A DNA stretch of 64,000 nucleotides from Nitrosopumilus sp. (GTDB taxonomy: Archaea > Thermoproteota > Nitrososphaeria > Nitrososphaerales > Nitrosopumilaceae). The stretch is taken from assembly GCA_965207445.1 (NCBI GenBank), contig CBDBLX010000002.1:2327849-2391848 (forward strand). Direction: 5' to 3'. Numbering within the stretch: the first letter of the stretch is position 1; each line of letters starts with the position of its first letter. This document shows, piece after piece, positions 43,473 to 54,187 of the stretch. Under the pieces are notes generated by a model, which saw nothing but the letters and a program-made list of their open reading frames with translations, was not told the DNA's origin and did not search any database. Position numbers and translations under genes: made by a program.

Positions 43473-44765
43473 TTGAATGTTCGAGTTTTAGGAGCAGCAG
43501 GTGAGGTTGGAAGATCAGGTTTTTTGATAAATGGTGGTGACACTAACATACTACTTGATTATGGAGTTATGTTTGGGAGGAGAGGAAGCCCTCCAAAGTA
43601 TCCATTACATGTGAGGCCAAAGGATGTAGATGCAATAGTTATCACACATGCACATCTTGACCATTCGGGGTGTGTACCTGCAATGTTTGTGAGTGGAAGT
43701 ACAGATGTCTATGCTACTCTACCCACACTTGATCTATCAGAGTTGCTGATAACTGACATGCTAAAGATAGAGAAAAATGCGCATCAATTTGATATGCCCG
43801 AGTTGATCAACATGATGAAACACGCAAAAGGGATAGAGTACAAACAAAAGGTTGTAAAAGGAAACACCACATTTGAGTTACGTGAATCAGGCCATGTGAC
43901 AGGTGGAGGTACAGTACTAGTAGAGTCAGAGAACAAGAGACTCTTTTACACAGGGGATATAAAGACAAATGGCTCTAGGATGCTCCGTGAGGCAGACTTG
44001 GATATTGGTGAGATTGATATGCTTATCACTGAGAGTACGTATTCACAAACTGTCCAAACACCTAGAACAGAATCTGAGCGAGCGTTAATAGAATTTGCAA
44101 ATGAGGTGATGGATAGAAAAGGTATATTGTTCATACCATCGTTTTCAGTTGAACGGTCCCAAGAGATTGCATGTGTCTTGCGCAATGCAAACTTCAAACA
44201 CAAGATAGTAATGGATGGTATGGCACTAAAAGTAAATGATATAATATTAAAGCATCCGAATTATTTGCGCGATGCAGATGTGTTTAAGAGTGCAATAAAT
44301 GATGCAGTTACGATAAAGAGTCATGGACAACGAAAACATGTAATGAGGGAAGGTAAATCAGATAAAGGTTATGAAGAACCATGCGTTGTGATATCACCTG
44401 CAGGGATGTTGGTTGGAGGAAATGCAGTATTTTATCTACAAGAGTTGGCATTTGACAAACGAAATGGCATTGCACTTGTTTCATATCAAGGTGATGGTAC
44501 ACCAGGTAAAAGATTACTTGATACTGGCAAGGTAGAAGCACGAGGTATGGAAATTGATGTTGCAGCAGAAGTCAAAAAATTTGAATTTTCAGGCCATGCA
44601 GACAGAAATGAGTTATTTGCAATGTTGAAGAAAATACAGGGAGACCCAAAAGTACTCACAGTACACGGAGATGGGGAGGACTGTAAAGCATTTGCACAAG
44701 AGATTCACGATGAGTTTGGATGGGATGCACACGCACCCTCTGCAAATGACACAATACAGGTATAG
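43473..44765 (+). CDS. MBL-fold beta-CASP ribonuclease (aCPSF2-like)
   Basis: GAAGEVGRS, THAHLDHSG, GH, TGD, ESTY, FSGHAD and VHG motifs. Confidence 0.93.
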   Translation: MNVRVLGAAGEVGRSGFLINGGDTNILLDYGVMFGRRGSPPKYPLHVRPKDVDAIVITHAHLDHSGCVPAMFVSGSTDVYATLPTLDLSELLITDMLKIEKNAHQFDMPELINMMKHAKGIEYKQKVVKGNTTFELRESGHVTGGGTVLVESENKRLFYTGDIKTNGSRMLREADLDIGEIDMLITESTYSQTVQTPRTESERALIEFANEVMDRKGILFIPSFSVERSQEIACVLRNANFKHKIVMDGMALKVNDIILKHPNYLRDADVFKSAINDAVTIKSHGQRKHVMREGKSDKGYEEPCVVISPAGMLVGGNAVFYLQELAFDKRNGIALVSYQGDGTPGKRLLDTGKVEARGMEIDVAAEVKKFEFSGHADRNELFAMLKKIQGDPKVLTVHGDGEDCKAFAQEIHDEFGWDAHAPSANDTIQV

Positions 44766-44785
44766 TGTTTATTCAATGAGTATAG

Positions 44786-45721
44786 ATGAGATATAATGAG
44801 ATAAATTTGGTAGACACCATTGATAGTGGCCAAGTTTTCTTGTGGAGTACAATCAAGGCAAGACAAAAGGGCGAGAATACACACAGAGAAAAGAATGAAT
44901 GGTACGGTGTCAACGGACAAAACATACTAAAAGTATACATGACATCAGATTATAGCAATGACAACATTATAGTGAAATCATACCACAACGGTAGATGGTA
45001 CAAAGATACAAGTGATCTTTTTAGAAATAAAGATGACATACGAAATAACATAACAAGATCACTTCCAAATGACAATACAATAAAGACGGCATTGTCAAGA
45101 TACCCAGGGCTTCGAATAATGCGCCAAGACCCATTCCAATGCACAATATCATTTATTACATCTGCAAATTCTAACATACAACGAATCAGAACAAATCTCA
45201 CAAAAATTACACAAAAGTTTGGCAAAGATGTAACAGTAAACAATATAGGCAAGATGCATCTTTTTCCGACACCTGATGTACTTGCAAAAGCATCGGTGCG
45301 CGAGGTAGAGGAATGTGGAGTGGGTTATCGTGCCAAATATATTGTAAAAGCCTCAGAGATGGTTGCATCAAAAGATATCAATTATGATGAGATCATGCAA
45401 ATGGAGAACTATTATGATGCATTAAATGCCATGTGTAAAATACCAGGCGTAGGAAATAAAGTTGCTGACTGCATACTACTTTTTTCATTAAATAGATCAG
45501 ATGCGTTTCCGCTTGATAGGTGGATGATTCGCATACTATCAAAGTATTATGGAAATATACTAGATATCGCAGATCAAACACAAAAAGTAACAGCATTGAC
45601 AGACAAACAATACAAAACCATACATGAAAAAATAGTACAATATTTTGGACCAAATGCAGGATATGCACAACAGTGGCTCTTTAAGATGGCAAGAGATGAT
45701 GCCAATGCCGCATGGCTTTAA
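44786..45721 (+). CDS. 8-oxoguanine DNA glycosylase (OGG1-like HhH-GPD)
   Basis: SGQVF, GLRIMRQDP, GVGYRAKY, IPGVGNKVADC, FPLD and GYAQQWLF motifs. Confidence 0.92.
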   Translation: MRYNEINLVDTIDSGQVFLWSTIKARQKGENTHREKNEWYGVNGQNILKVYMTSDYSNDNIIVKSYHNGRWYKDTSDLFRNKDDIRNNITRSLPNDNTIKTALSRYPGLRIMRQDPFQCTISFITSANSNIQRIRTNLTKITQKFGKDVTVNNIGKMHLFPTPDVLAKASVREVEECGVGYRAKYIVKASEMVASKDINYDEIMQMENYYDALNAMCKIPGVGNKVADCILLFSLNRSDAFPLDRWMIRILSKYYGNILDIADQTQKVTALTDKQYKTIHEKIVQYFGPNAGYAQQWLFKMARDDANAAWL

Positions 45722-45758
45722 AAAAACCCTTAAAATAGCATTATAAAATTAACACTTT

Positions 45759-45833
45759 GGGCCCATAGCTCAGCATGGATAGAGTGTTGGACTTCTAATC
45801 CAATGGTCAAGGGATCGAAGCCCTTTGGGCCCG
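45759..45833 (+). tRNA. tRNA-Arg (TCT)
   Basis: Acceptor GGGCCCA/TGGGCCC, D arm, anticodon arm TTGGA-CTTCTAA-TCCAA, T arm AAGGG-ATCGAAG-CCCTT; no intron. Confidence 0.95.
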
Positions 45834-45989
45834 CTCTAACAGCTGGTTCAGGCCCTCTTTTTTGCAATACGACCTTGCCGTTTGGCAGCACGCAAGCAAA
45901 CACCCATGCACCAGATACGATTAGGTGTTCTGCAGTGTCCGCGTCAACGACTGTCTGTCTCTTTATTATGCCAGTATCGCAGCCTGTCC

Positions 45990-46510
45990 CTATATGTTGC
46001 CGGCGCGTCTTAGCGCCTCTAGCACCAGGTCAAGCTGCTCTGACGTTGCGTTCTGTATGATGTCGTGTAGTTCCTGTTTTTGGTCTACGGACTGCTGCAG
46101 ATTTGCATGCATGGTTGCTGCGCCATCCTCCAGATCCAAAAATTCTTCTGATCTGGCAAAGGCGTCACGCATCTCTCGTGTGAGCATTTCAGGCAGCATT
46201 CCCTTGTTTGTCGTGTATCGCGCCTCCATTGAGCCCTTGTGGCCCATGAAGAAGACACGAAAGTCGTGTGCAATTTTACCTCGTCATAGATTCTGGATCA
46301 AATACAAGCAAGTATAACATGAAGAAGACACGAAAGTCGTGTGCAATTTTACCTTTGGACTCTGCAATGAGCAGTTGCGTATCAAAGTAGGCGCGTAGTA
46401 TGTATGGTCTCCATGCAAACCTGGGGCGGAACGTCTTGCGAATCTCCTTGCTGATCTGCGGCGTGGACACGAATGTCTTGAGTGCCCTCTTGCCGCTGTC
46501 CTGTGGATGC
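45990..46510 (-). pseudogene. Tyrosine recombinase/integrase C-terminal remnant
   Basis: RPYILRAYFDT...FFMGHKGSMEARY (R, H and Y catalytic region); interrupted by a duplication plus insert; 5' part missing. Confidence 0.8.
46245..46354. repeat. 37-bp perfect direct repeat flanking a 36-bp insert
   Basis: catgaagaagacacgaaagtcgtgtgcaattttacct at 46245-46281 and 46318-46354; single copy in the paralog at ~49964-50000. Confidence 0.95.
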
Positions 46511-46511
46511 T

Positions 46512-48180
46512 TAGTGATTTCATTAAAGATCCGATAGTTTTTGCAGGCGATTTCGGCTAGGCAGACGGGTACGGAGTGGAAAAATAGACATAATTGGCAC
46601 TATGTGTAGCAGATACCGTGTGGTGTCCAGAAGAGAGGTGAGAAATTGGTGTGTATGTCCAGTGGCAGGTATTAAGTAACTTTTGATCATTTGGTTTAAC
46701 TAATTTGACCTCGAGTGTCAAAAGGTGATGTGGCCATTAGTGTTTAATGAATACCCACAAAATGGTACATCGACTAGTATTCGCCGATGCCATATTTAAC
46801 GACTCTGCAGGCAGATCGTCTTGCGGCATCGACGAGGTGCGTATTTTTTGAAGACAGCCCATGTAGAAAGAGGGACGGGTTCATGCCCGACGTGTCCCTG
46901 GAAGATCTAAAAGCCGCCTACCGCAAAGAGCCTCCGGGCAAGTCCCGGGACAGACTGCAAGCTGCAGTTGGGCGAAAAAAGGGCAAGAGTGAGTCTGTAA
47001 TAGCCGCCCAGCTCGGACGCAGCCAGAGCGTCATATCCGAGTGGCTCAACATGCTACAATCAGAGGGCCTGGAGGGCAGGTATGACCGCAAGAGCCCTGG
47101 CAGGCCGTGCAGACTCACAAAAGAACAACAAGAACAGGCAAAGTCCAATTTGAGTAGTGAGTCGATGCAAAGTGGCTTTGAGCGTGGGACATGGACTGCC
47201 GCCTTGTTTGCATTGCATCGGGTAAACATTTTTGACGTCCAGTACACGTGGACCGGAGCCCTGGCGCTAGCTCACAGGATGGGCTTTTCAATAAGAATAC
47301 CCACAGGCCAATCCACCACAAGTCAGCCAGTCCATTAGAAGAACTGCATTATGTACACAACACAATACGCGACATCATGGCGCACGCCCGCGCCGGCTAT
47401 GAGGTGTTCTGTATGGACGCCTCTGCAATCACAAACTCGCCGTATGTCGCGCGCGGACTACATCTCCGAGGAGGCTCTGAGACTGTAAATGTCAACTTTT
47501 CAAAAACGCGCATGAAAATGCTGGGTGCACTCGGGGCCGGTACATGCCACCTGCACTTTTGCGACAGTGCAAATACTGTAAACGTCATAAAACTGTTGGA
47601 GGTGCTCCGAGAAAAGTACGGCAAGGTATTTGTCATATGTGACAATGCGTCTGCGCACAAGTCCAAAGACATCAAACAGTATCTGGAACAGACAAGGGGC
47701 CAAGTCGCACTATGGTACTTGCCGCCATACACTCCTCAGCACAATCCCATAGAGATCCAATGGCGCGAGATAAAGCGCGCATTGGTAGGCAGATACTACA
47801 AGGGTGGTTTTCCAGAGATTCAAAAGTCCATACTACACATGATGGAAAAAGGCGAGGTGGGTACAGTCAGGCTACTAGAGTACATGCGCAATGCCATACA
47901 AGACGCAAAGAACAACGCGCCAATACCAGAACTCCGGGCTGCATGAACTGCATATTACGCGAACTAGGTGGTCCGGGCGAGGCTGTGCGACGCACAGATC
48001 GTACTATGATCAGGACGGCTGCGCACATACCCTTTGCCACGTCGAAATACATGGCTAGCATGCACATGTCCATGGGAAAATCATGGAGCATGTCTGGATT
48101 ACAACATGGGGCCTGCCTGATTTCCCAATATATGATTATAAGAATGTCTAAAAACTATCGGATCTTTAATGAAACCACTA
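46512..48180. mobile_element. 1.67-kb element bounded by ~30-bp TIRs, containing an IS630-family transposase
   Basis: tagtgatttcattaaagatccgatagtttt / aaaactatcggatctttaatgaaaccacta. Confidence 0.85.
46882..47946 (+). CDS. IS630-family transposase split in two frames (HTH ORF plus DDE ORF)
   Basis: HTH part with SPGRP and GTWT; DDE part with MDAS, CDNASAHKS and LPPYTPQHNPIE; frameshift near 47290-47310. Confidence 0.9.
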
Positions 48181-48409
48181 AACATTCGGTTTTGATCGGT
48201 CTCACTCTAGCTGGGTCCCCACCATATCTCTGGCCTAACATAAACCATTCCAAGTGGACGTGTGCCACAAAGACATGAGTTAACAACACACCAAATCCAT
48301 GCTTAAAGTGACTTAACATTCACAGAATTTGTGCCTGCGAGGTCAATCGACATGAAAATGAACATATTATGCTCAAAAATCCATATATAGTACCGTGTCG
48401 TACTATACT

Positions 48410-48466
48410 TACGGTCCTGTGTTTTGTATAGAACACGCCGGATACATTGTATCCAAGGGACCGCCA
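48410..48466 (+). ncRNA. Candidate DUF3800-associated small RNA 1 (three-way junction)
   Basis: Stem CGGUCCU/GGGACCG; hairpins GUGUUUU/AGAACAC and GGAUAC/GUAUCC; CATATATA 20 nt upstream; 3' GCCA then a U-run. Confidence 0.65.
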
Positions 48467-48469
48467 CTT

Positions 48470-49213
48470 TTACAATGAGCAGCTCCCACGCTTGAACACG
48501 TTGGGATGATCTAAGTTGTAGTACTTGTGAGATATGGACTTCCACCGGTCCTGCTTTTTACCTTGCGTCCTTGCCCTTATCAAGACAGAGTACGCAAAAA
48601 AATCACTGAGTTGGAGTATGGGTGCTTCTGCAACTCTTGCAAAGTGTATCCTTTCTTCAATGTTTGAAAACTTGACAGTCTGTGGGAGACTGGGTATCTT
48701 GAACAGCTGCCCATAGTTGGTCTGCATGTATCTGTTTATCTGTCGTGTCACATACTCGTGAATAATTTTTCCCGTGCTCTTTTGATCAAGCAAAAAGTAC
48801 TGAAATCGTTCTGTCAGAAATGAAAGAGACAGGGTCCTCTGCGGTACTTTGCAAAGATAGTCTTTGTATACATAGTCCATGTCTATGATGCAGGAAATAA
48901 GGTGGCAGTCAGAACTTGCAATTATGTCAAACATTTGGTTTGCAATGGCATATCTGGTGCCTCTATCTAGGGTATCGTATGGAGGTAGGGTCTCACTGCG
49001 CAGGCCGTGGTAGGACAGCTTGAATGTATCTGGTAGATCGGATCTTGCAAAATGCTCTTCAATTATTCCTTTAATTTTTTTCTCAAGTATTGGTATCTGG
49101 CCTACCTCTACGATCACACCTCCCAGCACGAAATACCGGTGTTCCATGTCTGGATGTGCATTGGGGTGGTAGTTCTGCACATGGCCGCTCTCATCTACGT
49201 AAAGGTTGTACAT
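48470..49213 (-). CDS. DUF3800 family protein (intact)
   Basis: N-terminal YVDESG, FVLGGVIV, C-terminal LQLSDFFAY (DE and QxxD motifs). Confidence 0.9.
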   Translation of the reverse strand: MYNLYVDESGHVQNYHPNAHPDMEHRYFVLGGVIVEVGQIPILEKKIKGIIEEHFARSDLPDTFKLSYHGLRSETLPPYDTLDRGTRYAIANQMFDIIASSDCHLISCIIDMDYVYKDYLCKVPQRTLSLSFLTERFQYFLLDQKSTGKIIHEYVTRQINRYMQTNYGQLFKIPSLPQTVKFSNIEERIHFARVAEAPILQLSDFFAYSVLIRARTQGKKQDRWKSISHKYYNLDHPNVFKRGSCSL

Positions 49214-49515
49214 TTTTTATCTCAGCATAGAATTTAATTAAGTCTTTAAATACATGACGGAGTCCGGCGCCGATCGTGCCTTGCAAACTTCTTACTTTGA
49301 CTGCCAGTCACATCCTCTTGTAAACATAAATTGAAAATGAGTAAAAATGTAGGAGGGGTATTGTAAGCGTCCCGGTTCGCTTTCTGCCGTCGTTACGGGC
49401 CCGCTCCCACAGCTGTGTCGGTACCCTTTGGGCCCGCTCTAACAGCTGGTTCGGACCCTCTTTTTTGCAATACGACCTTGCCGTTTGGCAGCACGCCAGC
49501 AAACACCCATATGCA

Positions 49516-49625
49516 TACTGATATGATTAAAGATCCGATATTTTGATTGATGTTCATCTCGAAGTTGAGTACATATTATGAATACAAAATATTAGAAAAC
49601 TATCGGATCTTTAATGAAACTATTA
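49516..49625 (-). mobile_element. MITE family B, 110 bp, TSD tgca
   Basis: TIR core attaaagatccgata; absent from the homologous site at ~45905; reverse copy at 60898-61007. Confidence 0.9.
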
Positions 49626-49684
49626 TGCACCAGATACGATTAGGTGTTCTGCCGTGTCCGCGTCAACGACTGTCTATCTCTTTA

Positions 49685-50047
49685 TTATGCCAGTATCGCA
49701 GCCTGTCCCTGTATGTTGCCGGCGCGTCTTAGCGCCTCTAGCACCAGGTCAAGCTGCTCTGACGTTGCGTTCTGTATCATATCGTGCAGTTTCTGCTTTT
49801 GATTTATTGATTGTTGCAAGCCTGCGTGTATGGTTGCGCCATCTGCCTCCAAATCCAGAAACTCTTCTGATCTGGCAAAGGCTTCACGCATCTCTCGGGT
49901 GAGCATCTCAGGCAGCATTCCTTTGTTTGTCATGTATCGTGCTTCCATGGATCCCTTGTGTCCCATAAAGAAAACACGAAAGTCATGTGCAATCTTGCCC
50001 TTTGATTCTGCTATGAGCAGCTGCGTATCAAAATAGGCTCGCAGGTA
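49685..50047 (-). pseudogene. Tyrosine integrase C-terminal remnant (second unit)
   Basis: LRAYFDTQLLIAESKGKIAHDFRVFFMGHKGSMEARY; paralog of 45990-46510. Confidence 0.8.
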
Positions 50048-50439
50048 ACTATTTTGCTTTTTGAAGCGCACACACATAAGGTAAAAAATTATGCTCATTT
50101 TTCTGATCATGACGATCTCGGCATTGTATGCTCATATATAATCAATTGGCAATAATAACGCGTAGATGATTACAATACGCAGATGGGGCAAACGATTCTG
50201 TAGTTTTAACCGGGTTTGCATGCATTGCACAGCATATCAAAAAAAAGCTCTCGCCTCTGATCTTACCTGTTGCAAGTAGTGTGAGTAATATTGAGTTGTC
50301 CTCATACCACGAGACGTTCTGTTTCCACCATTACCTTCATTTTTTAGGGATACAAATACTCGATTAGTTCGTTCAACATCATTATTGTCTGTCCGCACAC
50401 CCTTTATGTAGATATTATGTATAATATCTAATGAAACAA

Positions 50440-50712
50440 CTATGCGGTTAGATGATTCATGAAAATTCCGGTCACATAAAATATTGCTATTCCAAGCCCC
50501 ATCCAGAGAGAATATTTTTGTTTTTTATAAATAAGATAACCAAGTATTATTCCTACTCCTCCAATTAAAAAATGAAGAGCAATAGCTTCCATTCCACTAA
50601 ATTTAGTTCCAAAAAACCACGTTTCTGCATTAATAAGAATGACCGGCAACATAAGGAAGGTGTAAAACACCCAATGCATACTTCCTATTATAACGTGTTT
50701 CATATTGTTCAA
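50440..50712 (-). CDS. Small multi-pass membrane protein
   Basis: ~90 aa with three hydrophobic segments; directly downstream of the secreted protein. Confidence 0.7.
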   Translation of the reverse strand: MNNMKHVIIGSMHWVFYTFLMLPVILINAETWFFGTKFSGMEAIALHFLIGGVGIILGYLIYKKQKYSLWMGLGIAIFYVTGIFMNHLTA

Positions 50713-50724
50713 ATGAAAAAAGGA

Positions 50725-51639
50725 TTAGGTTGTCCAGGTTGTAATTGACATGTCTAAATTTTCGTTTGAAGTGTCCATTGCATGGTTCCAGACGTTACTT
50801 ACGTAGATACTCATACCAGAGTTATAAGATCTTGTTTTTGCGCCGTGTTGTCCCCAGAACTCTGCGAATGTTCGGTCATTATCCCATATGTCGGCAAATA
50901 CGACACCGTTACTGTTCACAGTAAATGATTCTATGTCGGTAGTTCTTTGGTACTGGATCCTTCTCCAGTTGTCCCAGAATACATCCCAGCTTGGATCTGG
51001 ATGATCTTCGTCTGCAAAGGTTAGTGTGTAAGTTACTTGTGAAGATGTGTACGTGGTCCGGAGAATAGATAGTTGATTTCCACCATTAATGTCATATGAG
51101 TTTCCGGCACTGTCGGTACCAGAACCCCCATTAACATCAACGGTTACTTGTTTCCAACTGTTAATTGGGTATGGATTGCCGGAGGCATAAGCTGCTGGCA
51201 AGATAAACTCACCCTGAACAGACAGACCACCAATCTCGATTGTCTCCGTTATTGCGTCATCAGGTATAGCATTTACCATGTCTTGTCTTTTTACTTCATT
51301 CATGTGTTCCGTGATGATTAAATCTTTTAAACCGTCCTTATCTTCTGTGCCGAATTCAAAACTGTGCTTTTGGGATATTTTGGACACGATTTGTTCTAGT
51401 TTATCTGCATATTTTGTCTTGAGCTCATCTTTCTTTTCGTTAGGATCTTGCATCTCGCCTTTTACATAAGATTTGATTTCGCTGTCAATCTCTGCAAATA
51501 GGACTTTTACCTCTGCATCATGATTGTCTTTTGAAGCATCTACTTGAATAGATGCAACCGAAAACAACATGATTACGGCAACGGAGCAAGCAAAGTAGTT
51601 TTGATCGTTTCTGTACGTTTTGCATTCATTGCATACCAC
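50725..51639 (-). CDS. Putative secreted protein (helical N-terminal part, beta-rich C-terminal domain)
   Basis: 304-aa ORF with a signal-like hydrophobic stretch; C-terminal FADEDHPDP..D..W...R...YQR..DIESF. Confidence 0.7.
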   Translation of the reverse strand: MVCNECKTYRNDQNYFACSVAVIMLFSVASIQVDASKDNHDAEVKVLFAEIDSEIKSYVKGEMQDPNEKKDELKTKYADKLEQIVSKISQKHSFEFGTEDKDGLKDLIITEHMNEVKRQDMVNAIPDDAITETIEIGGLSVQGEFILPAAYASGNPYPINSWKQVTVDVNGGSGTDSAGNSYDINGGNQLSILRTTYTSSQVTYTLTFADEDHPDPSWDVFWDNWRRIQYQRTTDIESFTVNSNGVVFADIWDNDRTFAEFWGQHGAKTRSYNSGMSIYVSNVWNHAMDTSNENLDMSITTWTT

Positions 51640-52065
51640 TGCATCTCCACGTTATATAAAGAAGTTTATCAAGATCTGGAGTGCCTTTTGGCCGCGGAGT
51701 TCGGATCTACAACGCCGCAATCACATCTACACTGACACGATTTCAAATTGGTGGATGATCCCAGAACCGTACACATAATTATAGGCTCACAAAAAATTAA
51801 ACGTACGTATTCGCGTCCTAAGGTGGTTTTGTGCCTAAACAACGACCAAATGTATGAAAAACCAGGCACGACGTGAACTCATACAATTAAACTAACCGAG
51901 TTTGCAAGAACCATTATGATGATTTCTCGACTACTGGTATGTGACTACAGCATCGTCTTGAGCTGGACCCCACCAATTGAGAACGCTTTTGGCATGAAAA
52001 AGGAAACACCGCCGGTCATTTGTTCACTTCCCGCCATTTTTCTGCAAACTCGGCCGGCGGCATGT

Positions 52066-53432
52066 CAGTAGTTCGCAATGTGCTCAATTTTTAATGATCT
52101 TATTTCTAATTATGCAGTGCGACAGATTTACAATGGTAAGGAACCACCGTGCTCTAATTCCCACCGAAGCAGTCTTCTGATTGAACCGGCAATTGAATCT
52201 ACAAACGCATCCATTGTGAATAATTTTTCATCTACAAGTCCGCCGTAATTTTCGTACCTTGCCATTACCCATAAACCATATAATAACATTCCAAAAAATA
52301 TCAACAGTAATCGAAGCTGCAAGGCGTTGCTAGTTGTCTTTGGAGTCGTGTTTTTATCACTCTGTATCCCGTCTCTATTATCCAGCGCTTGCAACAAGTC
52401 TCTGGGATGGTTTTGATGAGTTTGCTTTTGCTAGTGATTTTCATATTTGTGGCAAATGCTACATACTGACTGATTATATCATCAATTTCTTTGGCACTGT
52501 TTTTTTTCTTGATGACAAGTAATCTAAACTTGCTAATTTTTTGTTTTTGCCACACATCTTGATGACTGATGCAGTTTTTCTCTTTTTGTTGTGAATTTTT
52601 AAAATGTATTATGCTTATTTTTGATTGCAGGCATTATGAAAGGCAGGCGTAAAAGTTCATCTATGCATGAAACGTTGTAAAAACCTCGATCAAAGAGGCC
52701 AAGTTCCGGACGTGCACCTCGAATTAATTTTTCAATGATTTTACGCATGACTGTGACCATTTTATCATTACGGGTCACATGATGTGCAAACAATTACCTG
52801 CTTGATTCACCATTTGTGCTGTCATAAATGAATAAAATCGCGGTGCAATTTTTGGGTTTTGTTTTTAGCATCTCAGGTTTGAGTGCCTTGCCATAATATT
52901 CCCATCCAGTCATATCAATTGCAATAGTGCCACGCCTTTTTTGACCACGTTGTGTATTCTGGCATTGTTAAACAGTTTTGACGTTCTCGTCACCCCATTG
53001 TTTTACTTTCTCTAGATCTGCACTCTTTAGGCATTTGAGCACAGTATTTTCAGATGGTATGTTTATGCGCTCGTCTTTTTTAAAATAGTTAGCCTCATTG
53101 CGTTTTCTTTTGTGTGTTGCTGCATTTACGCACATGTTATCAAGTGACATGGTGGCAAGTGTACCAAGATAATCATCCACCCCATACTTGCTGTTATATC
53201 TGGTTGATATGTTTAGTCCGAGATCGATAAATCGTTTTCGTAAAATTTTATAATTTACTTGTCCTAATTCATATTGATGTTCTAGTACCTCATTTTTCAT
53301 ATAACATCAGAGGTACTAGAATGTTCCCACATATTATACTTTCTATTTGATCTGATCAAGTATGATCATTAACGTTCAACGATATTAAAAATTATTTAAA
53401 TAAAATCATATAAAACACATTGCGAACTACTG
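52066..53432 (-). mobile_element. ISH3-like IS, full length, transposase frameshifted
   Basis: TIRs cagtagttcgcaatgtg at both ends; fragments with AIDMTG, FDRGFY and KRWIIETGYRVIK. Confidence 0.9.
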
Positions 53433-54009
53433 ACATAACGCCCTCAAACGTCGGTATCCACGCGCCCACCGTGTAGAGCGTGAATGCGGCAAGGTACACC
53501 ATCCCGTTGGTGGTGACCGACTGGAACGCAATGTACCGAGTCCTTCCTATACCGTAAAAGACGCTGTCAGTTACGGTATTGAACGAGAACAGCACGTAGG
53601 GCACGAGTAGGATCCCGAATGCCACAACGGCTAGCCTCAACGTCTCCGCGTCGTCCGTAAGCGAGCCTGCTATGTCGCCGAAGAAAAAAAGCACAGGAAG
53701 CCAGACTACCGCCATTATAAGGGCCGTGACGAGCATGGATGCGAGCCAAAGCCTCCGGACCAGCTGCATGTCTGCTGACGCGTTGGCAATCAGAGCCTTT
53801 GCCGACTCGGCAAACGCTAGTACGGGCACTAGCACCCTGCTCCGAGGTAATCGGACATGTGGCAGGCCCACCGCTTGCAGGCCAAAGAATCGATGGCACG
53901 CAGGACACCCATCATCATTATAAGAGTCGTGCTCATGTGTACGGTGACGCAGAGCGTCTTGCAAGTAGGCCAAAACCAACAGCGCGTTGAAGAAACTGCC
54001 CGCAGTCAA
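53433..54009 (-). pseudogene. MATE-family transporter fragment
   Basis: GC-rich hydrophobic stretch PYVLFSFNTVTDSVFYGIGRT; cut by the IS. Confidence 0.6.
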
Positions 54010-54080
54010 GACGCACCGATCCTGATCAGGTTATGGCCATCTCTGCCACGACGATCCCAGACATGCGAGAGTCCAAGTAT

Positions 54081-54161
54081 GTAATCGTTCAACCACCGTG
54101 CCTGCACCAGATGTTAGGCTGCGAGTCTGTGCCTAAATTTGGGAAGAGGTTGAACGGTTAC
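54081..54161 (-). mobile_element. MITE family A (reverse orientation)
   Basis: gtaatcgttcaacc / ggttgaacggttac; flanks tccaagtat / accaagtat. Confidence 0.9.
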
Positions 54162-54187
54162 ACCAAGTATCTACGGAAAACTAAAAT

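Noticed and set aside
46245..46354. Bona fide CRISPR array
   Set aside because: Only two repeats, the repeat is integrase coding sequence, and there is no leader or cas gene; kept only as a possible off-target scar.
48410..48466. DUF3800 3' elements as plain sense-strand terminators
   Set aside because: Multi-stem fold, G-U pairing favouring the antisense strand and consistently spaced antisense TATA boxes argue against it, though it is not formally excluded.
49424..49445. Additional tRNA genes at 49424 and 57201
   Set aside because: Only the 3' ~13 nt of the tRNA plus flank is repeated; no cloverleaf, so these are att sites.
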